64,000 bases of DNA from Acidobacteriota bacterium. Its GTDB lineage: Bacteria > Acidobacteriota > Vicinamibacteria > Vicinamibacterales > UBA2999. Every line of letters begins with the position of its first letter. Position 1 is the stretch's first letter. Where the stretch lies: positions 644-64,643 of the forward strand of contig JBKPNV010000013.1 of assembly GCA_046732795.1 (NCBI GenBank). Reading direction: 5' to 3'. Of the stretch, positions 10,034-19,559 are shown piece after piece. The notes below the pieces were generated by a model, which saw nothing but the letters and a program-made list of their open reading frames with translations, was not told the origin of the DNA and ran no database searches. A program made the translations under genes and the position numbers.

Positions 10034-10921
10034 ATGCGCCACGCTCGGCTGATCGTGCTGCTTACGGTAGTCGCGGCAGCGCTGACGACGATTCCCTTCG
10101 CGGCCGTCCAGCAGTCAACCGGTGATCCGTTCTCGACCGAGATCCGGAAGGTCAAGGACGGGCTCTACGTCATCCCGGGCTACGACGGAGCCGTCACCGG
10201 CGGCAACGTCGCGGTTCGCGTCACGAGCGAGGGCACGATCATTGTCGACGATCGCCTGCCGCCGTCTTCGGCGGAGATCGCCGGCAAGGTCAAGTCAGTC
10301 ACTTCGCAGCCGATCAAGTACGTGCTCAGCACGCACGGCCACGGCGATCACACCGGCGGCCATCCCGAATTCATCAAGGTTGCCGAGATCATCGCGCATC
10401 GCAACAATCGCGCGAACATGATTCGAAGCAAGCTGGCGGCGCCGCCACGTGTCGTCTTCAGTGACCAGGCGGCCGTCTTCCTCGGAGGTATCGAGGCGCA
10501 GGCGATCCATTTCGGGCGCGGGCACACCAATGGCGATGCCGTGATCTATTTTCCCGATCTGCGGACGGTCCACACCGGCGACCTCGTGGTGTGGGGCAAG
10601 CGGACCGATGGCACCACGCTCACGCCATTCGTCGATCGCGCGAGCGGCGGCAGCCTCGCGGAATGGATCACCACGCTCGATGGCGTGCTGAAGCTCGATT
10701 TCGATACCGCGATTCCGGGTCATGGCCCCGTGCTGACCAGAGACAACGTGAGAACGTTTCATCGCAATCTCGTCACGCTCCGGCAGCGCATTGCGGATGT
10801 CATCAAATCCGGAGCGAAGCCGGAGGAGTTCGGCGCCAGGCTCAAGACCGACGACCTGGGTTGGCCGTTTCCGCCCGAGCGCCTGAAGGAGTTGTGGGAC
10901 GAGTTCGGCGCGGGTCGATGA
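10034..10921 (+). CDS. Secreted metallo-beta-lactamase-fold hydrolase
   Basis: 'THGHGDHTGG' (HxHxDH motif). Signal peptide MRHARLIVLLTVVAAALTTIPFAA. Later conserved His and Asp residues ('HTGD', 'PGHGP'). Confidence 0.8.
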   Translation: MRHARLIVLLTVVAAALTTIPFAAVQQSTGDPFSTEIRKVKDGLYVIPGYDGAVTGGNVAVRVTSEGTIIVDDRLPPSSAEIAGKVKSVTSQPIKYVLSTHGHGDHTGGHPEFIKVAEIIAHRNNRANMIRSKLAAPPRVVFSDQAAVFLGGIEAQAIHFGRGHTNGDAVIYFPDLRTVHTGDLVVWGKRTDGTTLTPFVDRASGGSLAEWITTLDGVLKLDFDTAIPGHGPVLTRDNVRTFHRNLVTLRQRIADVIKSGAKPEEFGARLKTDDLGWPFPPERLKELWDEFGAGR

Positions 10922-11003
10922 GCGCCCGGCTGCGGCCCTATAATCTCGCAGTTCTTATCCACATCTGAGCATTGAGGGCACTGATGCTCGTCAGGGAGGC
11001 CTC

Positions 11004-12287
11004 ATGAAGCGGCATGTCTCAAAGATGCGGCTGTTCGCAACTTCGACTCTCTCGTTGGTCTTGATTGGCTGTGGCTCCGGCACGGCGCCAGCTCCGGCGC
11101 CCGCGACGCAATCGGCTGCGCCCGCCACCCGCAATAGTCACCAGGACTGGCCGACCGGCGACTACAAGGTCGCTGAAGGCTGGCCGAAGCCGTTGCCCGA
11201 CACGGATCACTCTCACGCAGGCTGGACGTGGGGTTCGTTTGGCGGCGTCTACGCCGAGAACCCCGATCGAATATGGGTCGCGATGCGTGGAGAGTTGCCG
11301 TTGCCGGCAGGCGCCGCGCCATGGACGCCGTACGTCGCGCTGCAACCACCGCGTGGTAATTCCACCGGCAACGGCGATGGAATCACCGCGACGTGTCAGC
11401 CCGAGCCGAAGCGCGGCTGGGAGCGTCGCTTCATGCATTCGATCATCGTCTTCAACCAGGCTGGCGACCTGGTCGATCAGTGGCCGCACCTCGACAAGCT
11501 GTTCGCGCAGCTGCCCTGCGGCCGCGGCCCGCACCAGGTCAAGATCAGTCCGTACGACAAGGAGAAGCACGTCTGGATCATCGATGACCAGCTGCACGTG
11601 ATCTACCGGTTCACCTACGACGGCAAGCTGGTGCACACGCTCGGCGAGCTCGGAAAGAGAGGCCGCGGTCCGAATACTTTCGATCGGCCCACGGATATCG
11701 CATGGCTTCCCGACGGCACGTACTTCATCACTGATGGCTACGGCGGGACGCGGGTCGCCAAGTTCGGGGCCGACGACACGTTCATCATGGACTGGGGGCA
11801 ACCGCCGGCGGATCCGAAGAATCCGGGCCCCAACGAGTGGAACACCGTCCACAGCATCGCCATCAGCAACGACCGCAAGCTCTTCATCGTCGACCGTGGA
11901 CATGCGCGCATGCAGGTGTTCGACGAGAACGGCAAGTTCCTCGACATGTGGCCGCTGCGTTCGCCCGACTGGCCGGCGAGCCAGAACACGCTGATGGTGA
12001 ACCACTTCATCGACGACAAGGGATTCATCTGGGTGGGCGATGCGCCGACCGCTCGAATCCTGAAGTTCGATCAGAAGGGCAACTTCCTTTACAGCTGGGG
12101 CGCGCCGGGCCCCCAACCGGGACGACTCGGCTGCTCGCACGGTATGACGACCGATCAGCTCGGGAACCTGTATCTGGCCGATTGCTTCAATGGGCGGGTG
12201 CAGAAGTTCGAGCCGATTGCGAATGCCAATCCCGACAGGATTGCCGGGCAGATCCTTCGGACGTGGGATACGTGGAAGAAGAATTAA
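11004..12287 (+). CDS. NHL-repeat beta-propeller lipoprotein
   Basis: Lipobox 'LVLIGC'. Repeated NHL-like units ('FDRPTDIAWLPDGTYFITDGYGGTRVAKF', 'VHSIAISNDRKLFIVDRGHARMQVFD', 'GMTTDQLGNLYLADCFNGRVQKF'). Confidence 0.7.
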   Translation: MKRHVSKMRLFATSTLSLVLIGCGSGTAPAPAPATQSAAPATRNSHQDWPTGDYKVAEGWPKPLPDTDHSHAGWTWGSFGGVYAENPDRIWVAMRGELPLPAGAAPWTPYVALQPPRGNSTGNGDGITATCQPEPKRGWERRFMHSIIVFNQAGDLVDQWPHLDKLFAQLPCGRGPHQVKISPYDKEKHVWIIDDQLHVIYRFTYDGKLVHTLGELGKRGRGPNTFDRPTDIAWLPDGTYFITDGYGGTRVAKFGADDTFIMDWGQPPADPKNPGPNEWNTVHSIAISNDRKLFIVDRGHARMQVFDENGKFLDMWPLRSPDWPASQNTLMVNHFIDDKGFIWVGDAPTARILKFDQKGNFLYSWGAPGPQPGRLGCSHGMTTDQLGNLYLADCFNGRVQKFEPIANANPDRIAGQILRTWDTWKKN

Positions 12288-12307
12288 GGAGCATCAACGC
12301 CGGATTG

Positions 12308-12365
12308 CCCAACTCCCAACTCCCAATCATCGAGGTTGTTGGGAGTTGGGATATTGGGAGTCGGG
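12308..12365. repeat. 13-bp perfect inverted repeat plus G3-tract array between convergent genes
   Basis: CCCAACTCCCAAC (12308..12320) pairs with GTTGGGAGTTGGG (12338..12350). The right side continues as GGGagttGGGatattGGGagtcGGG (12341..12365), four G3 runs with 4-5-nt loops. Confidence 0.7.
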
Positions 12366-12374
12366 AATTGACAG

Positions 12375-12395
12375 CGCGCGCTCTTTGGGCGCGCG
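12375..12395 (-). terminator. GC hairpin just downstream of the PQQ dehydrogenase stop (no T-tract)
   Basis: CGCGCGC (12375..12381) pairs with GCGCGCG (12389..12395) around a 7-nt loop, 5 nt beyond stop 12400..12402 on the minus strand. No U-tract, so an intrinsic terminator is uncertain. Confidence 0.3.
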
Positions 12396-12399
12396 GCAG

Positions 12400-14133
12400 T
12401 TACGGAAGCGCGAAGACGAAGACGTTCGCTGCGTTGCTCGGCTTCAGTTCGGATGCGACGCGGTTGTCGGATCCGGCGACGAGCGACGGTCCGGTGGTCA
12501 CCGCGACATACTGTTTGCCATCGACGGCAAAGGTCACCGGGAATCCGCTGACCGGCGAACCGAGATTGACCTCCCACAGCACCTTGCCGTTGCGATCGTC
12601 GAACGCTCTGAAGCGTCCATTCGAATCGCCGCCGAATACCAGCCCGCCGCCGGTCGCCACGAGCGAGAGCGCTCCCGCGCGCTGCTCGTGCTTCCAGAGC
12701 GTCCTCCCGGTCTCGGCCGAGATCGCCCACACGCTGCCGACGTTGGTCGCGCCTGGCGCGATCACGCCCGGCATCTCGAGGCCATACACCTTCGATGGAT
12801 CGCGCGTATCCACCGTCGTCGTCGCATTCATGCAGAGGTTCTGCAACGGGTAATACATGATGTTGGTCGTCGGGTTGTACGCACCTGCCGGCCAGTTCTT
12901 CCCGCCGTTGCTGCCCGGGCAGACCAGCTTGGTCTGTCCCTTCGCTGTGAAGATCACTTCGGGATTCACCGTGACCTTGCCGGTCGCGCCGTCGATCGTC
13001 TGCACCACGTTCTGCATCACCGTTGGCCGAGCCCAGAGGAATTCGCCGGTCCGGCGGTCGAGCGTGTAGACGATGCCGGTTTTTCCCGGGATGCCGGTGA
13101 TGACCTTGCGCCGTTCACCCGGCTTGATCTTCGGATTGATCCAGGCAACTTCCTTCGGGTCCGGCGTGATCGCCGTCTCGACGAGCAGCCGCTCGAAGGG
13201 ATGATCGAGATCCCAGTGATCGACGATGTGCTGGTAGTACCAGACGATCTTGCCGGTGTCGGCATCGAGCGCCAGCGTGGAGTTGTGGTAGAGGTGCTGC
13301 TTGTCGTTGCCGCCGAGGGTGAACTTCGGGGCCGGGATCGTCACCGACGTTCCGACGTAGATCATGTTCGTCTCGGGGTCGTAACTCGGCACCATCCACG
13401 TGCCGACATGCCAGCGCTGTTCGAGCGGCACGTCGCCCCATGTCTCCGACCCCGGCTCGCCAGGCCGCGGGATCGTGCGCGTGCGCCAGATTTCCTTCCC
13501 CGTCTGGGCATCGTGCGCGGTGATGATGCACGAATCGCTCGTCGCATCGGGCTGGCACTGGCGCCCCGTGATGACCTTGCCGTTGGCAATGATGGGTCCT
13601 GAGCTGGCGTTGGCGCGAAGGCCGGCTTTGAGGACCTGTGTCTCCCAGGCGAGGGTGCCCGTGCGCGCATCGACGGCGTAGATCGTGTTGTCCGCCCCTG
13701 CGTCGATGAGCGTCGTGCCCCAGATTGCCATGTTCCGGTTGGTGCCGCCGTTGATGCCTTCGGGATACTTGCGGCGGTACTCCCACTTGAGATCGCCGGT
13801 CTTGGCGTCCATCGCCATGATGACGTCGCCGGGATTCGGGATGTACATCGTGCCGTTGTAGACGAGCGGCGTTGCCTCCTGTGTCCGGCCGGTGCCGATG
13901 CCGCGAGTCCACGTCATCTTCAACCGCGACACATTGTTGCGATCGATTTCCTTGAGCGGACTGTAGCCCCAGCTGTCGAGGGTCCGGCGCCACATCAGCC
14001 AGTTGGCCGGGTCCGGTTTCCACAGCATCTCGTCGGTGACGGGAACGAAGGGAGTCTGCTGGTTCTGCGCGGTCACGGTGAGGCCGGCAGCGATGATCAC
14101 GAGAAATGCGAACAGGATGTAGAAACGCTTCAT
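12400..14133 (-). CDS. PQQ-dependent dehydrogenase (methanol/ethanol quinoprotein family), secreted
   Basis: Signal peptide MKRFYILFAFLVIIAAGLTVTAQ. N-terminal 'WLMWRRTLDSWGYSPLKEIDRNNVSRLKMTW' is typical of this family. Eight-bladed propeller repeats with conserved W motifs. Confidence 0.85.
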   Translation of the reverse strand: MKRFYILFAFLVIIAAGLTVTAQNQQTPFVPVTDEMLWKPDPANWLMWRRTLDSWGYSPLKEIDRNNVSRLKMTWTRGIGTGRTQEATPLVYNGTMYIPNPGDVIMAMDAKTGDLKWEYRRKYPEGINGGTNRNMAIWGTTLIDAGADNTIYAVDARTGTLAWETQVLKAGLRANASSGPIIANGKVITGRQCQPDATSDSCIITAHDAQTGKEIWRTRTIPRPGEPGSETWGDVPLEQRWHVGTWMVPSYDPETNMIYVGTSVTIPAPKFTLGGNDKQHLYHNSTLALDADTGKIVWYYQHIVDHWDLDHPFERLLVETAITPDPKEVAWINPKIKPGERRKVITGIPGKTGIVYTLDRRTGEFLWARPTVMQNVVQTIDGATGKVTVNPEVIFTAKGQTKLVCPGSNGGKNWPAGAYNPTTNIMYYPLQNLCMNATTTVDTRDPSKVYGLEMPGVIAPGATNVGSVWAISAETGRTLWKHEQRAGALSLVATGGGLVFGGDSNGRFRAFDDRNGKVLWEVNLGSPVSGFPVTFAVDGKQYVAVTTGPSLVAGSDNRVASELKPSNAANVFVFALP

Positions 14134-14169
14134 GGGGTGTCCTCGCGGCCTGAGTGTATTACGAATCGT

Positions 14170-14253
14170 AAATGGGGTCGGGGGTCATTTAAACAGGACA
14201 TTCGGCGCGTCGGGCGCGCCGCTGTCCTCATTAAATGACCCCCGACCCCATTT
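14170..14253. repeat. 85-bp palindromic element, family C, copy 1
   Basis: The arms AAATGGGGTCGGGGGTCATTTAA and TTAAATGACCCCCGACCCCATTT are perfect reverse complements. The centre is also self-complementary (AGGACA...TGTCCT). Intergenic between the kinase stop and the PQQ dehydrogenase start. Second copy at 40365..40449. Confidence 0.8.
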
Positions 14254-14269
14254 TTACGGGCAGGACCCC

Positions 14270-15675
<1,406 letters not shown>

Positions 15676-15679
<4 letters not shown>

Positions 15680-16290
15680 GGGGCGCTGTCGTCCGGCCCT
15701 TGCGACGGACCGCTCCGCGGCGGGACTGACTCCTTCGCTGGTTCCCCCTCGAGCGCTCGCTTGAGCCAGACGCGCGCGATCGTCCACTGCCGTTTGATCG
15801 TCGCCGGTGAGACGCCGATGACCTCCGCCGTCTCCTCGACGGTGAGCCCACCGAAATAACGCAATTCCACGATGCGCGCGAGCTCGTCGTCGAGTTCGGC
15901 GAGCCGGCCAAGTGCTTCATCCAGGGCCAGCACGTCGATATCCTTGTGTCGATCCTGATCGGCCGGGACGAATCCGGCCTGGATCCTGTCGGGCGCCACC
16001 CGCTCGTCGTTCAGCGTTACTCGCGCCGGCGCCCCTCCCCGCTTGAGCGCCCGTCGCGCGCGCGCGCGTTGAATCAGGATCTGGCGCATCGACAACGCCG
16101 CGATGGCGAGGAAATGCGTGCGCCCGTTGAAATGACGCGAGCGCTCGGCGGCCATGCGCACGAAGGCTTCGTTGACGAGCGCCGTCGCCTGCAGCGTCTG
16201 ACCCGCGCGCTCGCCCCTCACATAGCTGGCGGCAATGCGCCGCAGCTCGTCGTAGACGAGCGGCATCAGCTCGGGAGGATCGGAACCCAT
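15676..16290 (-). CDS. ECF-type RNA polymerase sigma factor (TIGR02999-like, kinase-associated type)
   Basis: Region 2 'LQATALVNEAFVRM' and region 4 'LRYFGGLTVEETAEVIGVSPATIKRQWTIARVWL'. Immediately upstream of, and overlapping, a Ser/Thr kinase gene. Confidence 0.85.
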
Positions 16291-16301
16291 GTAGTTGGGC
16301 G

Positions 16302-16865
16302 TTAGCGCCTTTCTATCTTGACCGTCTGAATGACGACGTCTTTCACCGGTCGATCGCGTGGTCCGGTTTGCGTGCTGCCGATCCTACGCACGACGTCCAT
16401 GCCGTTTTCGACGACGCCGAACACCGAGTGCTTGTTGTCGAGATGCGGGGTCGGTGCCAGCGTGATGAAGAACTGACCGCCATTGGTGTTCGGTCCGGCG
16501 TTCGCCATCGACAAAATGCCCGCCTTGTCATGACGCAGTTGTGGATGGAACTCGTCGGCGAACTTGTAGCCCGGACCGCCGTGCCCCTGCCCGAGCGGAT
16601 CGCCGCCCTGAATCATGAACCCGTCGATCACGCGGTGAAAGACGATGCCGTCGTAATACGGCTCGGTGACCTTCTTGTTCGTGCGGGGGTCGGTCCATTC
16701 TTTGGTCCCCTCGGCCAGACCGACGAAGTTGGCGACCGTGTTTGGCGCTTCCTGGTCGAACAGACGAATGGTGAAGTTCCCTTCGCTCGTGACGAACTCT
16801 GCATAGACTGCCAATGTGGGTCTCCCGGTGGTGAACGTTGACGTGCCCGCTGGAGCGTCGTACAT
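16302..16865 (-). CDS. Cyclophilin-type peptidyl-prolyl cis-trans isomerase
   Basis: '[15 protein letters not shown]', '[18 protein letters not shown]', 'HSVFG': canonical cyclophilin motifs. Confidence 0.9.
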   Translation of the reverse strand: MYDAPAGTSTFTTGRPTLAVYAEFVTSEGNFTIRLFDQEAPNTVANFVGLAEGTKEWTDPRTNKKVTEPYYDGIVFHRVIDGFMIQGGDPLGQGHGGPGYKFADEFHPQLRHDKAGILSMANAGPNTNGGQFFITLAPTPHLDNKHSVFGVVENGMDVVRRIGSTQTGPRDRPVKDVVIQTVKIERR

Positions 16866-16907
16866 CCACTATCTACGATCCACCATCCGGCGGGATACAA
16901 TTTTTTC

Positions 16908-19118
16908 GTGGCCCACCTGCTTCACACAGCCGAGGATCGAGCCGTCGCCGAGGTCGCGGCCGGTACGAGCGCCGATCCGTTCGCCGTCCTCGGCCGTCAC
17001 GTCGTCACGATCGATCAACGTCCGGCGGTCGTCGTCCGGACGATGCAGCCGATGGCGTCTGCCGTCGATCTGATCACCGACGGACAGGTGACGCCGATGC
17101 CTCGCCGTCATCGCGACGGGTTGTTCGAGGCTCGCCTGCCGCTCGATGGCCGCTCTCCCGACTTTGCGTATCGATTTCGCATCCAGGAGGACGGTGGTGC
17201 GCGGGAGATCACCGATCCATATCAATTCGGTCAAGTGCTGTCGGACTACGACCTGCATCTGTTCAGCGAAGGCACGCACCTTCGGGCGTCGGAGAAGTTC
17301 GGCGCGCATATGATGACGATCGGCGACGTCACGGGTGTGCACTTCGCGGTGTGGGCTCCCAATGCCCAACGCGTCAGCGTCGTCGGCGACTTCAACCGCT
17401 GGGACGGTCGCGTCCACCCGATGCGTCGTCTGGTACCCTCGGGCGTGTGGGAGTTGTTCGTTCCCGACCTGCCGGTGGGGACCTGTTACAAGTACGAGGT
17501 CCGCACACCAGAGGGTCATCTCCTGGAAAAGGCGGATCCGTACGCGCAGTATTTCGAGGTGCCACCCAAGAGCGCGTCGATCATCTGGGAGGACAGCGAG
17601 TACGCGTGGCGTGATCACGGGTGGATGGACAATCGCACGTCGTTCGGCACCTGGCACGACCGGCCGATGTCGATCTACGAGATGCACCTGGGCTCGTGGC
17701 GACGTGTGCCCGAGGAAGGCTATCGCTATCTCACGTACAGGGAGTTGGCCCGCGACCTGATCCCGTACGTGCGCGAGATGGGCTACACGCACATCGAGCT
17801 CATGCCGGTGATGGAGCACCCCTATTCGGGGTCATGGGGATATCAGGTCATCGGCTTCTTCGCGCCGACCAGCCGATTCGGAACGCCTGACGACTTCCGA
17901 TATTTCATCGACGAATGCCATCGCAACGGGCTGGGCGTGATTCTCGACTGGGTGCCCGGCCACTTCCCGAAGGATCAGCACGGCCTCGCCAGGTTCGACG
18001 GAACGGCGCTCTACGAGCATGATGACCCTCGTCAGGGCGAGCACCGGGATTGGGGCACCCTGATCTTCAACTACGGACGCACGGAAGTGCGCTCCTTCCT
18101 CTTGAGCAGCGCGCTCTACTGGCTGCAGGAATTCCATATCGACGGCCTGCGGGTGGACGCCGTGGCGTCGATGCTGTATCTCGACTACTCGAGAAATGCC
18201 GGGGAATGGATCCCCAACCAGTACGGAGGTCGCGAGAATCTCGAGGCGGTTGACTTCCTGCAACGCCTGAATACCGTCACGCATGGCCGGATGCCAGGCA
18301 CGATCACCGTCGCCGAGGAATCCACGGCGTGGCCGGCGGTGAGCCGTCCGACCTATGTGGGCGGATTGGGCTTCACCTTCAAGTGGAACATGGGCTGGAT
18401 GCACGACATGCTGGAATACGTCCGGCAGGATCCCGTGCACCGGCGCTGGCATCACAACCGGATCACGTTCTCGATGCTGTATTCGTTCACCGAGAACTTC
18501 GTGCTGCCGTTCTCGCACGACGAGGTCGTTCACGGGAAACGGGCCATGCTCGACAAGATGCCCGGCGATCTCTGGCAGAAGCACGCGACGCTGCGCGCCC
18601 TCTATGGCTACATGTTCGGACATCCGGGCAAGAAGCTGATGTTCATGGGCTCGGAGTTCGGCCAGTGGCGTGAATGGGATCACGACTCGAGCCTCGACTG
18701 GCATCTGCTCGATCAGCCGCTGCACCGCGGGCTGCAGCGGTGGGTGAAGGATTTGAACGCGATCTATCAGCGCGAGTTATCGCTGCACGAGGTCGACTTC
18801 GAGGGACAGGGCTTCAGCTGGATCGACTGCCAGGACAACGAGAACAGCGTCATCTCCATGATCCGCCGCGCGCGCGATCTGCACGACTTCACCGTCATGG
18901 TGGTCAACTTCACCCCGATCCCGCGACCCGACTACCGCATCGGCGTGCCCGAAGAGGGTTGGTATCGCGAGCTGCTCAACAGCGATGCCGAGCTCTATGG
19001 CGGAAGCAACATGGGCAACGCCGGCGGCATTCTCTCCGAACCGGTGCCCGCACACGGCCACGACCAGTCGCTCAGCCTCATCGTGCCGCCGCTCGGATTC
19101 GTGCTGCTCAAAAAGTAG
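16908..19118 (+). CDS. glgB: 1,4-alpha-glucan branching enzyme
   Basis: '[11 protein letters not shown]', '[13 protein letters not shown]', '[10 protein letters not shown]', '[14 protein letters not shown]': GH13 branching-enzyme catalytic regions. 736 aa. GTG start. Confidence 0.95.
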   Translation: MAHLLHTAEDRAVAEVAAGTSADPFAVLGRHVVTIDQRPAVVVRTMQPMASAVDLITDGQVTPMPRRHRDGLFEARLPLDGRSPDFAYRFRIQEDGGAREITDPYQFGQVLSDYDLHLFSEGTHLRASEKFGAHMMTIGDVTGVHFAVWAPNAQRVSVVGDFNRWDGRVHPMRRLVPSGVWELFVPDLPVGTCYKYEVRTPEGHLLEKADPYAQYFEVPPKSASIIWEDSEYAWRDHGWMDNRTSFGTWHDRPMSIYEMHLGSWRRVPEEGYRYLTYRELARDLIPYVREMGYTHIELMPVMEHPYSGSWGYQVIGFFAPTSRFGTPDDFRYFIDECHRNGLGVILDWVPGHFPKDQHGLARFDGTALYEHDDPRQGEHRDWGTLIFNYGRTEVRSFLLSSALYWLQEFHIDGLRVDAVASMLYLDYSRNAGEWIPNQYGGRENLEAVDFLQRLNTVTHGRMPGTITVAEESTAWPAVSRPTYVGGLGFTFKWNMGWMHDMLEYVRQDPVHRRWHHNRITFSMLYSFTENFVLPFSHDEVVHGKRAMLDKMPGDLWQKHATLRALYGYMFGHPGKKLMFMGSEFGQWREWDHDSSLDWHLLDQPLHRGLQRWVKDLNAIYQRELSLHEVDFEGQGFSWIDCQDNENSVISMIRRARDLHDFTVMVVNFTPIPRPDYRIGVPEEGWYRELLNSDAELYGGSNMGNAGGILSEPVPAHGHDQSLSLIVPPLGFVLLKK

Positions 19119-19198
19119 CGGCGGGCGCTCAATGATTGGTGACGGTTCACTTGACAAGCAAGTAGAGCCAATGGCAGGCTCTCATTCACTTCACTTGG

Positions 19199-19546
19199 AT
19201 GGGTAGTGGAATGGCTGAACGCGTCGAGCTTCTCCAGGGCACACTCGATCTGATCGTCCTGCGGGCGCTCGCCACGATGGGGCCCCAGCATGCGTACGGG
19301 CTCGCATCGCGCCTCGAGCAGGTCGCCGAGCACCCACTGATGCTCAATCAGGGCACCTTGTATCCCGCCCTCGTACGCCTCGAGCAGAAGGGCTGGATCA
19401 AGGGGACGTGGCAGCGGACGGAGAGCAACCGTGAGGCGAAGTACTACGCCATCACGAAGGCGGGAACGCGCGCGCTCGACAAGCAGGCAGAACGATGGCG
19501 CCGCCTCGCGGGGCTGGTCGACAAGCTGCTGCTCGGAGAAACGTAG
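19199..19546 (+). CDS. PadR-family transcriptional regulator (heads the ADOP permease cluster)
   Basis: 'LQGTLDLIVLRALATMGPQHAYGLASRLE...NQGTLYPALVRLEQKGWIKG...KYYAITKAG' is the PadR winged helix. An alternative start is ATG 19211. Confidence 0.85.
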   Translation: MGSGMAERVELLQGTLDLIVLRALATMGPQHAYGLASRLEQVAEHPLMLNQGTLYPALVRLEQKGWIKGTWQRTESNREAKYYAITKAGTRALDKQAERWRRLAGLVDKLLLGET

Positions 19547-19559
19547 GCCGGGTCCGATC

